Assembly (NCBI GenBank): GCA_964291215.2
Contig: OZ219790.1
Location: forward strand, 544,001 to 608,000
Length of the DNA: 64,000 nt
Direction: 5' to 3'
From: Alphaproteobacteria bacterium
GTDB taxonomy: Bacteria > Pseudomonadota > Alphaproteobacteria > MPNO01 > UBA830
The translations under genes were made by a program, and so were the position numbers. The notes under the pieces were generated by a model, which saw only the letters and a list, made by a program, of their open reading frames with translations, did not search any database and was not told the origin of the DNA. Shown here piece after piece: positions 1-10,035 of this stretch (positions are counted from its first letter, which is position 1; each line of letters begins with the position of its first letter).

Positions 1-485
1 CCGGAGGTGGTCGACTATGAATATGAGCGCAACGGCACGGCCAACCTCTTCATGGCCTTTGCGCCCAACGAGAACTGGCGCACGGTGAAAGTCACCGACC
101 GCCGCGGGACTGGGCGCACTTCATCCGGGAGCTTGCCGACGACCATTTCCCCGACAGAAAGATCGTGCTGGACAATCTGAACACGCACAGTCGTTGTATG
201 AAGCCTTCGGGCCCGAGGAGGCGGGTACGAAAGCGGTTCGAGTTTCGCCTATACGCCGAAGCACGGAAGCTGGCTCAACATGGCCGAGATCGAGATCGGT
301 GCGCTGTCGCGGCAGTGCCTTCGGCGACGCATTCCCGACAGAGACACTATGCGGCGGGAGACGGCAGCATGGGTGGAACGGTGTAATGCGGCCAATGTCA
401 CTGTCGACTGGCGTTTCACGACGAAGGATGCCCGGACGAAACTGAAGTCACTATATCCCTCAATCCAATAATGCTAGACTACTAG
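1..485 (+). mobile_element. IS630-family transposase 3' part and right end, frameshifted and cut by the window edge
   Basis: Split frames give DYEYERNGTANLFM, DNLNTH, TPKHGSWLNMAEIEI...WRFTTKDARTKLKSLYPSIQ (stop 469-471); ends ...GACTACTAG. Confidence 0.85.
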
Positions 486-2317
486 TTGGGTTCTGATTGG
501 TCGTAGTGCTCGTTGATGATGTCTGCGGCTTTTCCGTCGAGGGCGATCTGGGTTGCGACGTGATGATTGTAGCCGAGTGCGGCCATGGAGGTGAGGTAGC
601 TTGAGCCCCGGCACCATGCTTTTGCGTGGAGCGGAAGCATCCGGACACCTTGACCTTTGCCATCCTGATCTTCTGTTCTCCGGCATTGTTGGTGAAGCTG
701 ACATCGGGGTCGTCTGTGAAGCGCAGGTTTTCGTGTTTCACGAGACGTTCGTGCAGGTTGTGCGCGTCGGACTTGCGTCCACGTTTTCCTTTCGTCGGGA
801 TGTCGGGCAGTTCCTTGGTGCCCTGATGGTGCGGTAGCGCCCGGCCTCGTTCAGGGTCCTGGATGCGCTCTTGTTGATCTTGTGGCAGACCTCGCGGAGC
901 AGGTTCTTCATCAGTCGCGCGGCAGCTTCAGAGGTCCTGACCTCGTGATTTGACTTGATCAGTCCGTGATCCCTTTTTCACAGTATAATTAATGATTTGA
1001 CCGGTTTTATTCTTGACAACAGAGTCGCATCGTGGTCCAATATAATGTGATGCTTGTAATGGGATGATCCCGACCTTGAACACGTTCGCGATGTACCCGT
1101 CTGAAGCCCCGTCCCGATCGGAACCTCGTGCTTCTCCCTTGCCAACGTCGACGTACCGACCGTCTTGTTCTCGAACCTGAAGCCCTTCGACTGCCAGACA
1201 ACGCACGCAAACTCGGCCTGGAAGCATCACCCTGATTTGGAAACATCGAAGCCGAGGTCAGGACGTCTGAGCCTCGACGACGAAGGTCAGTTCGCGCAGC
1301 AGGTGGCTGCCGCACAGCTGGTAGCTACACTGCCATGTACGAGGCCCAGGACGCCCTTGTAGCACGGGATGGTGCCGATCTCTTGCCCGCGCTTGCGGTG
1401 CGGGAACATGCACGTCCCGACGACATGGAGCCACTTGCGGTTGATCCAAAATCGTCGACATCGGGCGTTGCAGGAGGTGCGCCACGGCGGCCTCCTCCCA
1501 TGACGCATCGTGAAAGCATAGCTGAGGCCTCGGAGAGCTTGATGCCGGAGATCGCCTGCACGGCACAGGGACAGCATTTGGGCGACCAGCAGGGACGAGG
1601 GCCTGGATGCCGTACTGCACGGGATGTTTTCGGGGAACCGGCCCTTGCACTTTGGGCATTCCTCGGCGTCGACGCGGCACGACCTCGAACACGATGTCGT
1701 GCGGCGCTCCCGATCGACGGGGGCGACGCCGTCGATGTCAGCGCCGCAGGCGTCGCAGGCCGCGACCGTCTCCTCGACGATGGTCTTGCGCAGGTTGTCG
1801 CCCATCTGCCGGTTCGGCTTCGGGCCCTTGCTCCCGGCACGCTCTTGTCCGTCTGTGACGGCGGCAGACCAGAGTTCCGGCTCGTGCGTGGTCTTCTCCA
1901 GAAGGACGACGATGAGGATGTCGAGGACGCGAATCACGGCCTCTTCCGACACCTTGCCGGCAGCGCCGCGGTCCTGGCCGCTTCGAACTCCTCGCGCGCC
2001 GCCCGTCGCCATCACCCGGCCTCGCCGCGAGCATCGCCTGGCGCTCGCCCGGCGGCATCTTCCGGTACTCCGCCTTGCGCTTCATCAGCGCGCCGCCTCC
2101 CGGATGCGTTTCCACATACAGATCATGCGGGGGCTGGAGCTCCGGAAGCAGCTGGCACAGCCCACTCGTCGCCTTCGATCCAAAGTAGCCCACTGGCGGT
2201 CCCCGTCGTTCTCGATGACCACCACTAAACGAATCGGCCTGCAGTGTCAAATCTCCACGAAAACCCGTTCGTTACTCTACCCCGACATCAAGCCGGAACC
2301 AGGGGGTGAGCAGTTAC
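486..2317 (-). mobile_element. Degenerate IS66-family element, copy 1 (one end lost, interrupted at 929-1269)
   Basis: FTNNAGEQKIRMAKVKVSGCFRS and CDACG/CPKC motifs in broken frames; end GGGGTGAGCAGTTAC; colinear with copy 2. Confidence 0.85.
929..1269. mobile_element. 341-bp element with 17-bp terminal inverted repeats inserted in IS66 copy 1
   Basis: CAGAGGTCCTGACCTCG (929-945) and CGAGGTCAGGACGTCTG (1253-1269) are 16/17 complementary; flanks AGCTT/AGCCT; IS66 copy 2 shows the empty site near 2775-2790. Confidence 0.75.
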
Positions 2318-2327
2318 ACTATTTGTT

Positions 2328-3810
2328 GTATCTACTCACCCCTTGTTGGGTTCTGATTCATAGTGCTCGTTGATGATGTCTGCGGCTTTTCCGTCGAGGG
2401 CGATCTGGGTGGCGACGAGTGGGTTGTAGCCGAGTGCGGCCATGGAGGTGAGGTAGCTTGAGCTCCGGCACCATGCTTTTGCGTGGAGCGGAAGCATCCG
2501 GACACCTTGAGCTTTGCCATCCTGATCTTCTGTTCTCCGGCATTGTTGGTGAAGCTGACGTCGGGGTCGTCTGTGAAGCGCAGGTTTTCGTGTTTCACGA
2601 GACGTTCGTGCAGGTTGTGCGCGTTTGCGTCCACGTTTTCCTTTCGGCGGGATGTCGGGCAGTTCCCTGGCGCCCTGATGGTGCGGTAGCGCTTGCGCCC
2701 GGCGTCGTTCAGGGTCTTGGATGCGCTCTTGTTGACCTTGTGGCAGACCTCGCGGAGCAGACTCTTCATCAGTCGCGCGGTAGCCTCGACGACAAAGGTC
2801 AGTTCGCGCAGCAGGTGGCTGCCGCACAGCTGGTGGCTACACTGGCCCATGTACGAGGCCCAGGACGCCCTTGTAGCACGGGCAGATCTCTTGCCCGCGC
2901 TTGCGGTGCGGGAACTTGCACGTCCCGACGACATGGAGCCACTTGCTGTTGATCCGAAATCGTCGACATCGGGCGTTGCAGGAGGTGCGCCACGGCGGCC
3001 TCCTCCCATGACGCATCGTGAAAGCATAGCCGAGGCCTCGGAGAGCTTGATGCCGGAGATCGCCTGCACGAACGCGACGGCGCAGGGACAGCATTTGGGC
3101 GACCAGCAGGTTGATGACGAGGGCCTGAATGCCGATGCCGTACTGCACGGGATGTTGTCGGGGAACCGGCCCCGGGCCTTGCACTTCGGGCATTCCTTGA
3201 TCTCGGCGCGGCGCTCGACGACCTCGAACACGATGTCGTGCGGCGCTCCCGATCGACGGGGCCGTCGATGTCGGCGCCGCAGGCGTCGCAGGCCGCGACC
3301 GTCTCCTCGACGATGGTCTTGCGCAGGTTGTCGCCCATCTGCCGGTTCGGCTTCGGGCCCTTGCCGTTGCTCCCGGCACGCTCTTGTCCGTCTGTGACGG
3401 CGGCAGACCGGAGTTCCGGCTCGTGCGTGGTCTTCTCCAGAAGGACGACGATGATGATGTCGAGCAGGATGACGAGGACGCGGATGACGGCCTCTTCCGC
3501 CACCTTGCCGGCCGCACGCAGCGCCTTGGCCGCTTCGAACTCCTCGCGCGCCGCCCGTCGCCATCACCCGGCCTTGCGCTTCATCAGCGCGCCGCCTCCG
3601 AGATGCGTTTCCACATACAGATCATGCGGAGGCTGGAGCCCCGGAAGCAGCTGGCACAGCCCGCTCGTCGCCTTCGATCCAAAGTAGCCCACTGGCGGTC
3701 CCCGTCGTTCTCGATGACCACCACTAAGCGAATCGGGTGTCAAATCTCCACGAAACCCCGTTCGTTACTCTACCCCGACATCAAGCCGGAACCAGGGGGT
3801 GAGCAGTTAC
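2328..3810 (-). mobile_element. Degenerate IS66-family element, copy 2, with both ends and 8-bp target duplication
   Basis: Ends GTATCTACTCACCCC and GGGGTGAGCAGTTAC; TATTTGTT at both 2320-2327 and 3811-3818; transposase motifs in shifted frames. Confidence 0.9.
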
Positions 3811-4134
3811 TATTTGTTTTATAAAGCCGTAGAACTGTCTGGCTTGCGCAGGAGATCAGGGAACGCAGCGTCCGGCCACGCCATCGGCGGGTAGGGTAAG
3901 GGGAGACGCAAACGACCTTTCCGCACTCAAGGTAACAGCGCTGGCGTACACGACATGGCAGCGCTGCACCACGGGATGCGCGGCAAGCCCTGCCCCGGAC
4001 AACCGCCAGGTGTATGTCCACCTCGCCGACGATCCGCAGCATGGCGCTTCCGGGCAAACCACCGCGTCCCTCAAGCAGGTCATGGGTCGTAGCGCGAGCG
4101 CCGGTTTCCTCCACCCGCGCTTCGCACCTCCCGA

Positions 4135-4717
4135 TCACTCTTCGGCCAGGGCGCGCGGCACGAACTCGCGCCAGCCGCCGTCGGCAAGCGCCTGCGCCTT
4201 CGGGATCCAGCGCCGCACCTGCGAGCGCATCCAGCTGTCGGAGGCCCATGTCGCTGCCACATCCTCCTTGCCCCAGATGTCTTCCGCGATCCCGCGCGCC
4301 GTCTTGCCGGCCCCGAGCTCGGCCAGCACCGTCATCAGCCCGTCGATCTCGCGAACCGTGCCCCCCCCGACCCTGCCCGTTCCGAGGGACCGGAAGACCC
4401 GCCACGTTCCAGAAGTCGAGGAGGCGCCGGACCGACAGCGGCATTCGCAACCCGAACGGATGCCTGATCGAAATGCTGCCGTCGTCGGGGAACCGCGCCG
4501 CATTCCCGAGGTCGGTCTGGACCGCCGCGCCGCCATGTTCGATCTTGAGCACCAGACCGCCGCCGAGCAGGCGCAGCCCCTCGACCGAGCCTCCCATCAG
4601 CCCGAGCAGCGGCTCCGCGCCCGGCTCCAGCACCCCTCCGGCATCCCCTCGCTGGCACCCCGACGCCAGGCCGGAGGCCGAACCTGCCGTTCGTCCGGTA
4701 TCGTTTCCGGCGGTCAT
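4135..4717 (-). pseudogene. DUF2285-like (FseA-type activator domain) gene split over two frames
   Basis: C-terminal frame LMTVLAELGAGKTARGIAEDIWG...WASDSWMRSQVRRWIPKAQALADGGWREFV resembles DUF2285; N-terminal part lies in another frame, switching near the C8 run at 4361-4368. Confidence 0.55.
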
Positions 4718-5168
4718 CTTGCGATCTCCCGCATGGACTTCCCGAACCGGATGCCTGCCGGCGCGACCGCCCTCATCGCCGCCTCAACCCCTGTATGCCT
4801 GCCCACCATGGCGCCCTCCCGGAATCGAGCGTTCCACTTGATGCCCACTATGCGTCCGCTGGCTCGACCCGGCCAATTGCCGCCCGCGATGCGGAAAATC
4901 AGCCGAATGCGGCATGGAGTCCTTCCACTACCGCGCGGTGCCCCTGCGCGGGTCCGCCGTCTGCGTTTCCGACAGCATTGCCGCCGATATCCTCGGGGAG
5001 TACCGCCCGTCATGACGGTTCCGGCCTGTCCCCGGGGCAGGCATCGGCGATTGCGAACCCGATGTTCCCGACTTAGGGTGCCGCCATGTCGAACATCATT
5101 CCTCTTCCGGCCCGCGAGCGGGCTGTCCGTCGAGGGCTTCCCGGAGACGATGCCGGAGGTCTTTCCCG

Positions 5169-6230
5169 GTGAGGCTTCCGGCGACGCCGCACGATGCGCT
5201 GTTCCGCGCGCTGGTCTCCGAGCCGACCCGCGCCGCTTCGCTGCTCGCGGAGTACCTGCCGCCGGAGGTGGCCGCCCTCCTCGACCCCGAGGCCCCGCCC
5301 GAGGCGGTCGAGGGCAGTTTCGTCGACGAGGACGCCGCGCGGACCCAGTGCGACGCACTCTTCCGAGTCAGGCTGAGGAGTGGCCACGAGGCGCGCCTCT
5401 ATGTGTTGCTCGAACACAAGAGCCGCGTCGATGCTGACACGCCACTCCAGCTCCTGAAATACATGGTCAACATCTGGCGCCGCGAGATCGAGAATGGCAG
5501 CGCCGGGGACAGGCTGCCGGCGATCATCCCGCTGGTCTTCTACCATGGCCGGGGCCGCTGGACGGCGGCGCGCTCGGTGCCGGGGATGATTGATGCGCCC
5601 GAAGAGCTGGAGCCGTTCGTCAGGGAGTTTGCCTATGTGGTGCACGACCTTGGCGAGATTGCACCCCACCGGCTTTCGGCCTCGCCCGAGGTGCGGGCCG
5701 GGCTTCTGGCGCTCAGGGTCGTTCATGCCGAGGAGATACCGCCCGATCTTCTGGATGAGATGACGGGCGGGCCGGTTGCGGGGAGCGCGTTCGAGCGTCA
5801 TATTGTGCGCTACATTGCCGAGCGCATGAACCTGACGCCGCCTTTGCTGGAGGCGTCGCTGCGCCGGACGAAGCCGGACCGCTGGGAGGTGCTGATGGGC
5901 ACGGTCGCGCAAGCCTGGATCGAACAGGGAAGAGCCGAGGGAATCGAGAAGGGAATCGAACAGGGGATCGAACAGGGAAGAGCCGAGGGAATCGAGAAGG
6001 GAATCGAACAGGGGATCGAACGGGGCCGAAGCGAGGGCCTGGAAGAAGGCCGGATACAGGCCTTGGCGGAACTTCTTCTTCGCCAACTGGCGTTGCGCTT
6101 CGGTGATGTGCCGGGCGCGGTCCGCGAGCAGGTCCGCGGCGCGTCGGCCGCCGAACTGGAGGCCTGGGCGGAGGCGGTGCTGGTGGCGTCGAGCCTCGAC
6201 GAAGTGCTGGCGGCCAGGCCCGGGCACTGA
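5169..6230 (+). CDS. Rpn family recombination-promoting nuclease (PD-(D/E)XK, Transposase_31 type)
   Basis: HDALFRAL, CDALFRV, YVLLEHKS, LPAIIPLVFYHG, G-x-E-x repeats and C-terminal LLLRQLALRFG...LEAWAEAVL. Confidence 0.92.
   Translation: MRLPATPHDALFRALVSEPTRAASLLAEYLPPEVAALLDPEAPPEAVEGSFVDEDAARTQCDALFRVRLRSGHEARLYVLLEHKSRVDADTPLQLLKYMVNIWRREIENGSAGDRLPAIIPLVFYHGRGRWTAARSVPGMIDAPEELEPFVREFAYVVHDLGEIAPHRLSASPEVRAGLLALRVVHAEEIPPDLLDEMTGGPVAGSAFERHIVRYIAERMNLTPPLLEASLRRTKPDRWEVLMGTVAQAWIEQGRAEGIEKGIEQGIEQGRAEGIEKGIEQGIERGRSEGLEEGRIQALAELLLRQLALRFGDVPGAVREQVRGASAAELEAWAEAVLVASSLDEVLAARPGH
5917..6021 (+). repeat. In-frame 48-bp tandem duplication in rpn
   Basis: GGATCGAACAGGGAAGAGCCGAGGGAATCGAGAAGGGAATCGAACAGG occurs twice (IEQGRAEGIEKGIEQG). 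Confidence 0.9.
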
Positions 6231-6439
6231 GAGTCCTTTTGAGAATGTGTTCAATAGGCGATTCCTCGTAGCAGGAGGCTTCCCAAGGCGACATGGATCA
6301 TGGCTTCAGAGACGTCGATGCGCTGTTCATAGTCTCGCACCAGGCGTCTCCAACGGGTAAGCCACCTCACGCAGATGTGGCGCCGGGATCCGAATTTCCG
6401 GACGACATGTCGTCCAAGTTTCCAGAGTGACGAAGCGCC

Positions 6440-6645
6440 ATGCCTGATTTCTGCGTCTCTCCGACCTCAATTGTCAACCAGATCAAGAGCAACCTGCAGG
6501 ATCGGTACGAGACTGGCTATCCAATTCTGAAGGAGCTGCTCCAGAACGCGGACGACTCTGAAATCCCAGCGGTTCCGGCTGGATGCTCTACCAGGCTGGC
6601 CAGACGCAAATAATCCTCTTCTTCGCGGGCCAGGACTTCTGGTCG
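6440..6645 (+). pseudogene. N-terminal fragment of a sacsin-like GHKL ATPase protein, truncated by IS30
   Basis: MPDFCVSPTSIVNQIKSNLQDRYETGYPILKELLQNADDS, then after a frameshift RFRLDALPGWPDANNPLLRGPGLLV; ELLQNADD is the GHKL N-box. Confidence 0.7.
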
Positions 6646-7098
6646 CCCCCGTTCCATAGTGAAGTGCAACACATGATGGGCTGTGGCCATGTGTTTTTAG
6701 ACGCATGATGTTGCGGAGCGGTAGCGGCGAGAGTTCCTCTACAAGATGAAGGGAGCTTGTTCATGTCCAAAGGCTACCGTCACCTACGAAGAGCGATGTC
6801 AGATTGAGGCAGAAAAGCGGTCTTTCACAAGGTGCGATTGCTCGGCAGCTGGGCCGATCAACAATTTTCCGGGAGATCAAGCGCAACACCGGGGAACGGG
6901 GTTACCGTCACAAGCAGGCGCAAAGGATGGCAGAAACGCGCCGCAGGGCAGCCTCGTCTGTTTCCTGGCGGTTGACGCCTCGGGCTGAAGCTCAGAAAAA
7001 GCTGCGGGAGCGCCCCGAGCAGATCAGCGGCCGTTTTCGACTGGAGGGCCGTGGGTCGGCAACGGATCCATGATCGCCGAAGATCGGAGAGCCGCGGG

Positions 7099-9120
7099 CT
7101 GCCCATCGGACACATTTCGCGCTCGACTCGCTAATTCCTTCGCGCTATTGTCGGGCGCATGGACGACCCTATTTCGATTCCCAGCGCGCTTTCCTCGCCA
7201 CAAGGCATGGTTGTCGCGGATTCTGGCGCAGCCGGAGGTCGCACGTGCCGGCCGCAGGGTATGCGACGCTTTCGGCTTCGTTGACTTTCGCGGGCGACCG
7301 CAGATCACGAGTTGCCTTTCCGCCCTTCGCCGTCTTGAGCGGGCGGCGTTCTTCCTTCGCCCCGCCGTGGCGGCGGCAGCGGTGCCGTGACTCGCAGGGA
7401 GGTAGCGGTTGCCTGTGGGCCTTCCGGCGAGCGCGGTCGAGGGCCTTGAGCTTGTCCGGGTCGAGGGGCTTCGGCTGATCTTCAACGAGCTGATGGCGTC
7501 GGAGCGCCCGTCTTCACGTCAGCTGCGCTACCTGATCGGATCGTTGCACGGGTTCCTGTTTGCTCCGGCGACGCGGGTCCTGGCGGCGCCTGGCTGGGAC
7601 GCCGCATCTCGACGAGGTGTGGCGCGATTCCTGATCCGTCGATCCGTTTGTGTACGTTATCTTGCGTCTTGGGCATGGCGGCGCGTGGTTGGTGACTTTG
7701 CGGCGGCCTATGGCATCCGTCCGGTTCTGGCCGAGACCTTTGTCGCGGGGCAGTTGCTTCCTGGCGGCCGGCTGGCGCTGTGTCGGCACCGGGCGCCGGC
7801 TTCGTGGCGGAACCGGCGAAGCGCACGCTGGCGGCGGACTGGGACACCTGCCTGGAGGCGCGTCCTGGCGCCCGGGGACGGTCTTGACAGCGCGGCAGAG
7901 AACGAATTCGGTGCCGCGCCCTTGGGAGACGCCCGCTTGACGCAGCGGCCTGTGCGCAGTACCGAGGTTCAGGCCCGGTCGCCGACGAAGACATTCTTCG
8001 CTGCGAGGCGACGGGATACTACAGGATGATCGAGCATCCGGACTAGGACGCGGTCTGTGCGTCCACCATCATCGGGGGGCATCGCGAACGGACGCAGGCG
8101 CTGTCGCTTCTGGTGCAGGACGGCCTCAACTTCGCGACCCGGTTGCGAAGGCCTCGGGATGATCGGCTGCAACACGGGGTCTTCGGGCCTGCACACGACC
8201 TTCGCCGTGAGCGGCGACGGGGTTCCCCTCGGCGTTGTCAACCTCGAGTTCGACGCCCCGGACGGCGGGCAGGATCGTCCGGTGGAGGAGCGCAACGGTG
8301 GCTGCGCGGCCTTCGCCACAGCATCGCGGCGGCGAAGGCCGTGGCGGTGATGGAGGGGGACGCGGTGCTCCACGAACACCGTGCGGCGGGCTGCCGCCGT
8401 CTGGCGCTGCGGCATGACCGCAGCTTCGGCCGGCTGGTGTGCACACGGCACCGGAAGGCGGACAGTTCTCCCTCACGGTGGAGCGACTGTCGGGGCGACC
8501 AGGGGCGCAGAAGGCCTCCGTCGGGCGAGCGAGGCGCCCCTGCGCTGGCTGACACTCGAGATCCCGCCGCCTGCACACACAAGGGCGCGCTTCGGGCCGG
8601 TGACCGCGATTCATGCCGGGGAGGTGGACGGGTCACAACCGGTGTCGTGGACCCTGCCTGTCACGAGCCTGCACCAGGCCCGCGAGGTAGTGCGGCGGGT
8701 TGAGGTGGCGAATCGAGGACTGGGATCCTCAAGTGCAAGGTGGAGACGATCGCGCACCGGCATCGAACGGGCCGTGGCGATCAACGCGGTGATCGCCTGG
8801 CGCATCGCCGCCCTCCTGGCGCGAACGGAACCGGAGCTTCCGTCCACGACCGCGTTCACCGACCTGGCGCTGCTGAAAGACTTCGCGCATGTCCGCAAGC
8901 TGCCGCCACCCGAGGATCTCGGGCAGGCATTCCGCCTCGTGGCAACGATGGGCGGATACCTGAACCGCAGCAAGGACGGCCCGCCCGGAGATCACCTGGA
9001 ACGGTCAGGCTGCGCTGTCGTTCACGGCGTGGATGCTTGGCCACAGTGTCGATGCCGGGGACGACAGCGCCGTGCGGCAACACATCAGCTAGCCAGACGG
9101 CATTTGTGGGTAATGGGCAG
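7099..9120 (+). mobile_element. Degenerate IS4-family (Tn5/IS50-like) element with N-terminal DUF4338-like domain
   Basis: Ends CTGCCCATCGGACACA and TGTGGGTAATGGGCAG; GCCGCGGG duplicated at 7091-7098 and 9121-9128; motifs RQLRYLIGS, RFLIR, YGIRPVLAETFV, EFGAAPLGDARL, AINAVIAWRI, ATMGGYLNRSKDGPPG. Confidence 0.85.
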
Positions 9121-9788
9121 GCCGCGGGGCGTCTTGTGGAAGAAGCTTCGGCGGCACGGCAAGAAACCGAACTGGAAGGGCGGATGCCATTCTGGCCGGG
9201 TGGACATTTCCGAGCGCCCTGCGGAGGCAAAGGAACGGATCGGCGACTGGGAACCATCATCGGCAAAGCTCACAGTGGAGCTGTCGTGTCGCTCGTGCCA
9301 CGAAATACGCCTTGCTGGGTGGACAGAAAGACACGGTCGGTATGATCCGCCTGCTCGGCTCCGGTGCGCTATTGGTCCACACAATCACGTCAGACAACGG
9401 AGTTCGCAGACCACAGGCGTGTCGCACTTGACGCAGATTTCTTCTTCGCCTTTCCATTCCTGGGAGCGCGGCTTGAATGAGCACACCAACGGCCTGGTGC
9501 GGGAGTACTTCCCGAAGGGCACGGACTTTCGCGCGATATGCAACGAAGATGTTCAGAAGGTGCAGGATCGGCTCAACACTCGGAAAGTCCTGGGATCGCC
9601 AACGGAGGTAATCTTGAAGTGAAACCGTCCTGACCATCTGCGTTCCGAAGCCGCAACGTGCAGCAGGGTCCATGCCGCGCGACGGGGAAATAGTGGCTTG
9701 AAGCCGACAAAGGCGTTGCATAAGCTCGATGTTGAAGGAACTGAAGCTGTTCCCAGGCGGAATCGAGAGGGGCAGAGGGGGAAAATTT

Positions 9789-9855
9789 GTGCAACATCCG
9801 GCCCTCATCGCAGTGAGGGCGTAGCCCGAACGGAGATGAGGGCCGGATGTTGCAC
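9789..9855. repeat. Perfect 21-bp inverted repeat with 25-nt spacer at the IS30 right end
   Basis: GTGCAACATCCGGCCCTCATC (9789-9809) and GATGAGGGCCGGATGTTGCAC (9835-9855). Confidence 0.9.
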
Positions 9856-9911
9856 TTCAGACTGGAAGTGGGGAAGGATTGAATAGTGTCAGGTTGAAAG
9901 GCCTGCGGCAC

Positions 9912-9995
9912 CGTCGATTGGCGCTTCACGACTGCAAACGCCCGGGTGAAACTAAAGTCCCTATACCCTTCAATCCAATGATTCCGCACTACTAG
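9912..9995 (+). mobile_element. IS630 right-end fragment
   Basis: VDWRFTTANARVKLKSLYPSIQ-stop followed by ...CACTACTAG, paralleling about 403-485. Confidence 0.75.
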
Positions 9996-10035
9996 CCCTT
10001 AATGAACAGGCAGCCGCCTTCTATCTGGGTTCAAG

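Larger units (their letters stand above)
6646..9873 (+). mobile_element. Degenerate IS30-family element interrupted by an IS4-family element
   Basis: HTH AIARQLGRSTIFREIKRN; RIGDWE; HSWERGLNEHTNGLVREYFPKGTDF; imperfect ends CCCCGTTCCATAGTGAAGTGCAACA and TGTTGCACTTCAGACTGGAAGTGGGG. Confidence 0.85.

Noticed and set aside
4010-5437. 475-aa plus-strand ORF
   Set aside because: Arg/Pro-rich, antisense to the DUF2285-like remnant and out of frame with rpn.
5917-6021. Tandem repeat as a mini-CRISPR
   Set aside because: In-frame coding repeat typical of Rpn C-termini, with no spacers.
7409-8029. Druantia defence system
   Set aside because: The DUF4338-like segment lies inside an IS4 element with ends and a target duplication; no other dru genes are seen.
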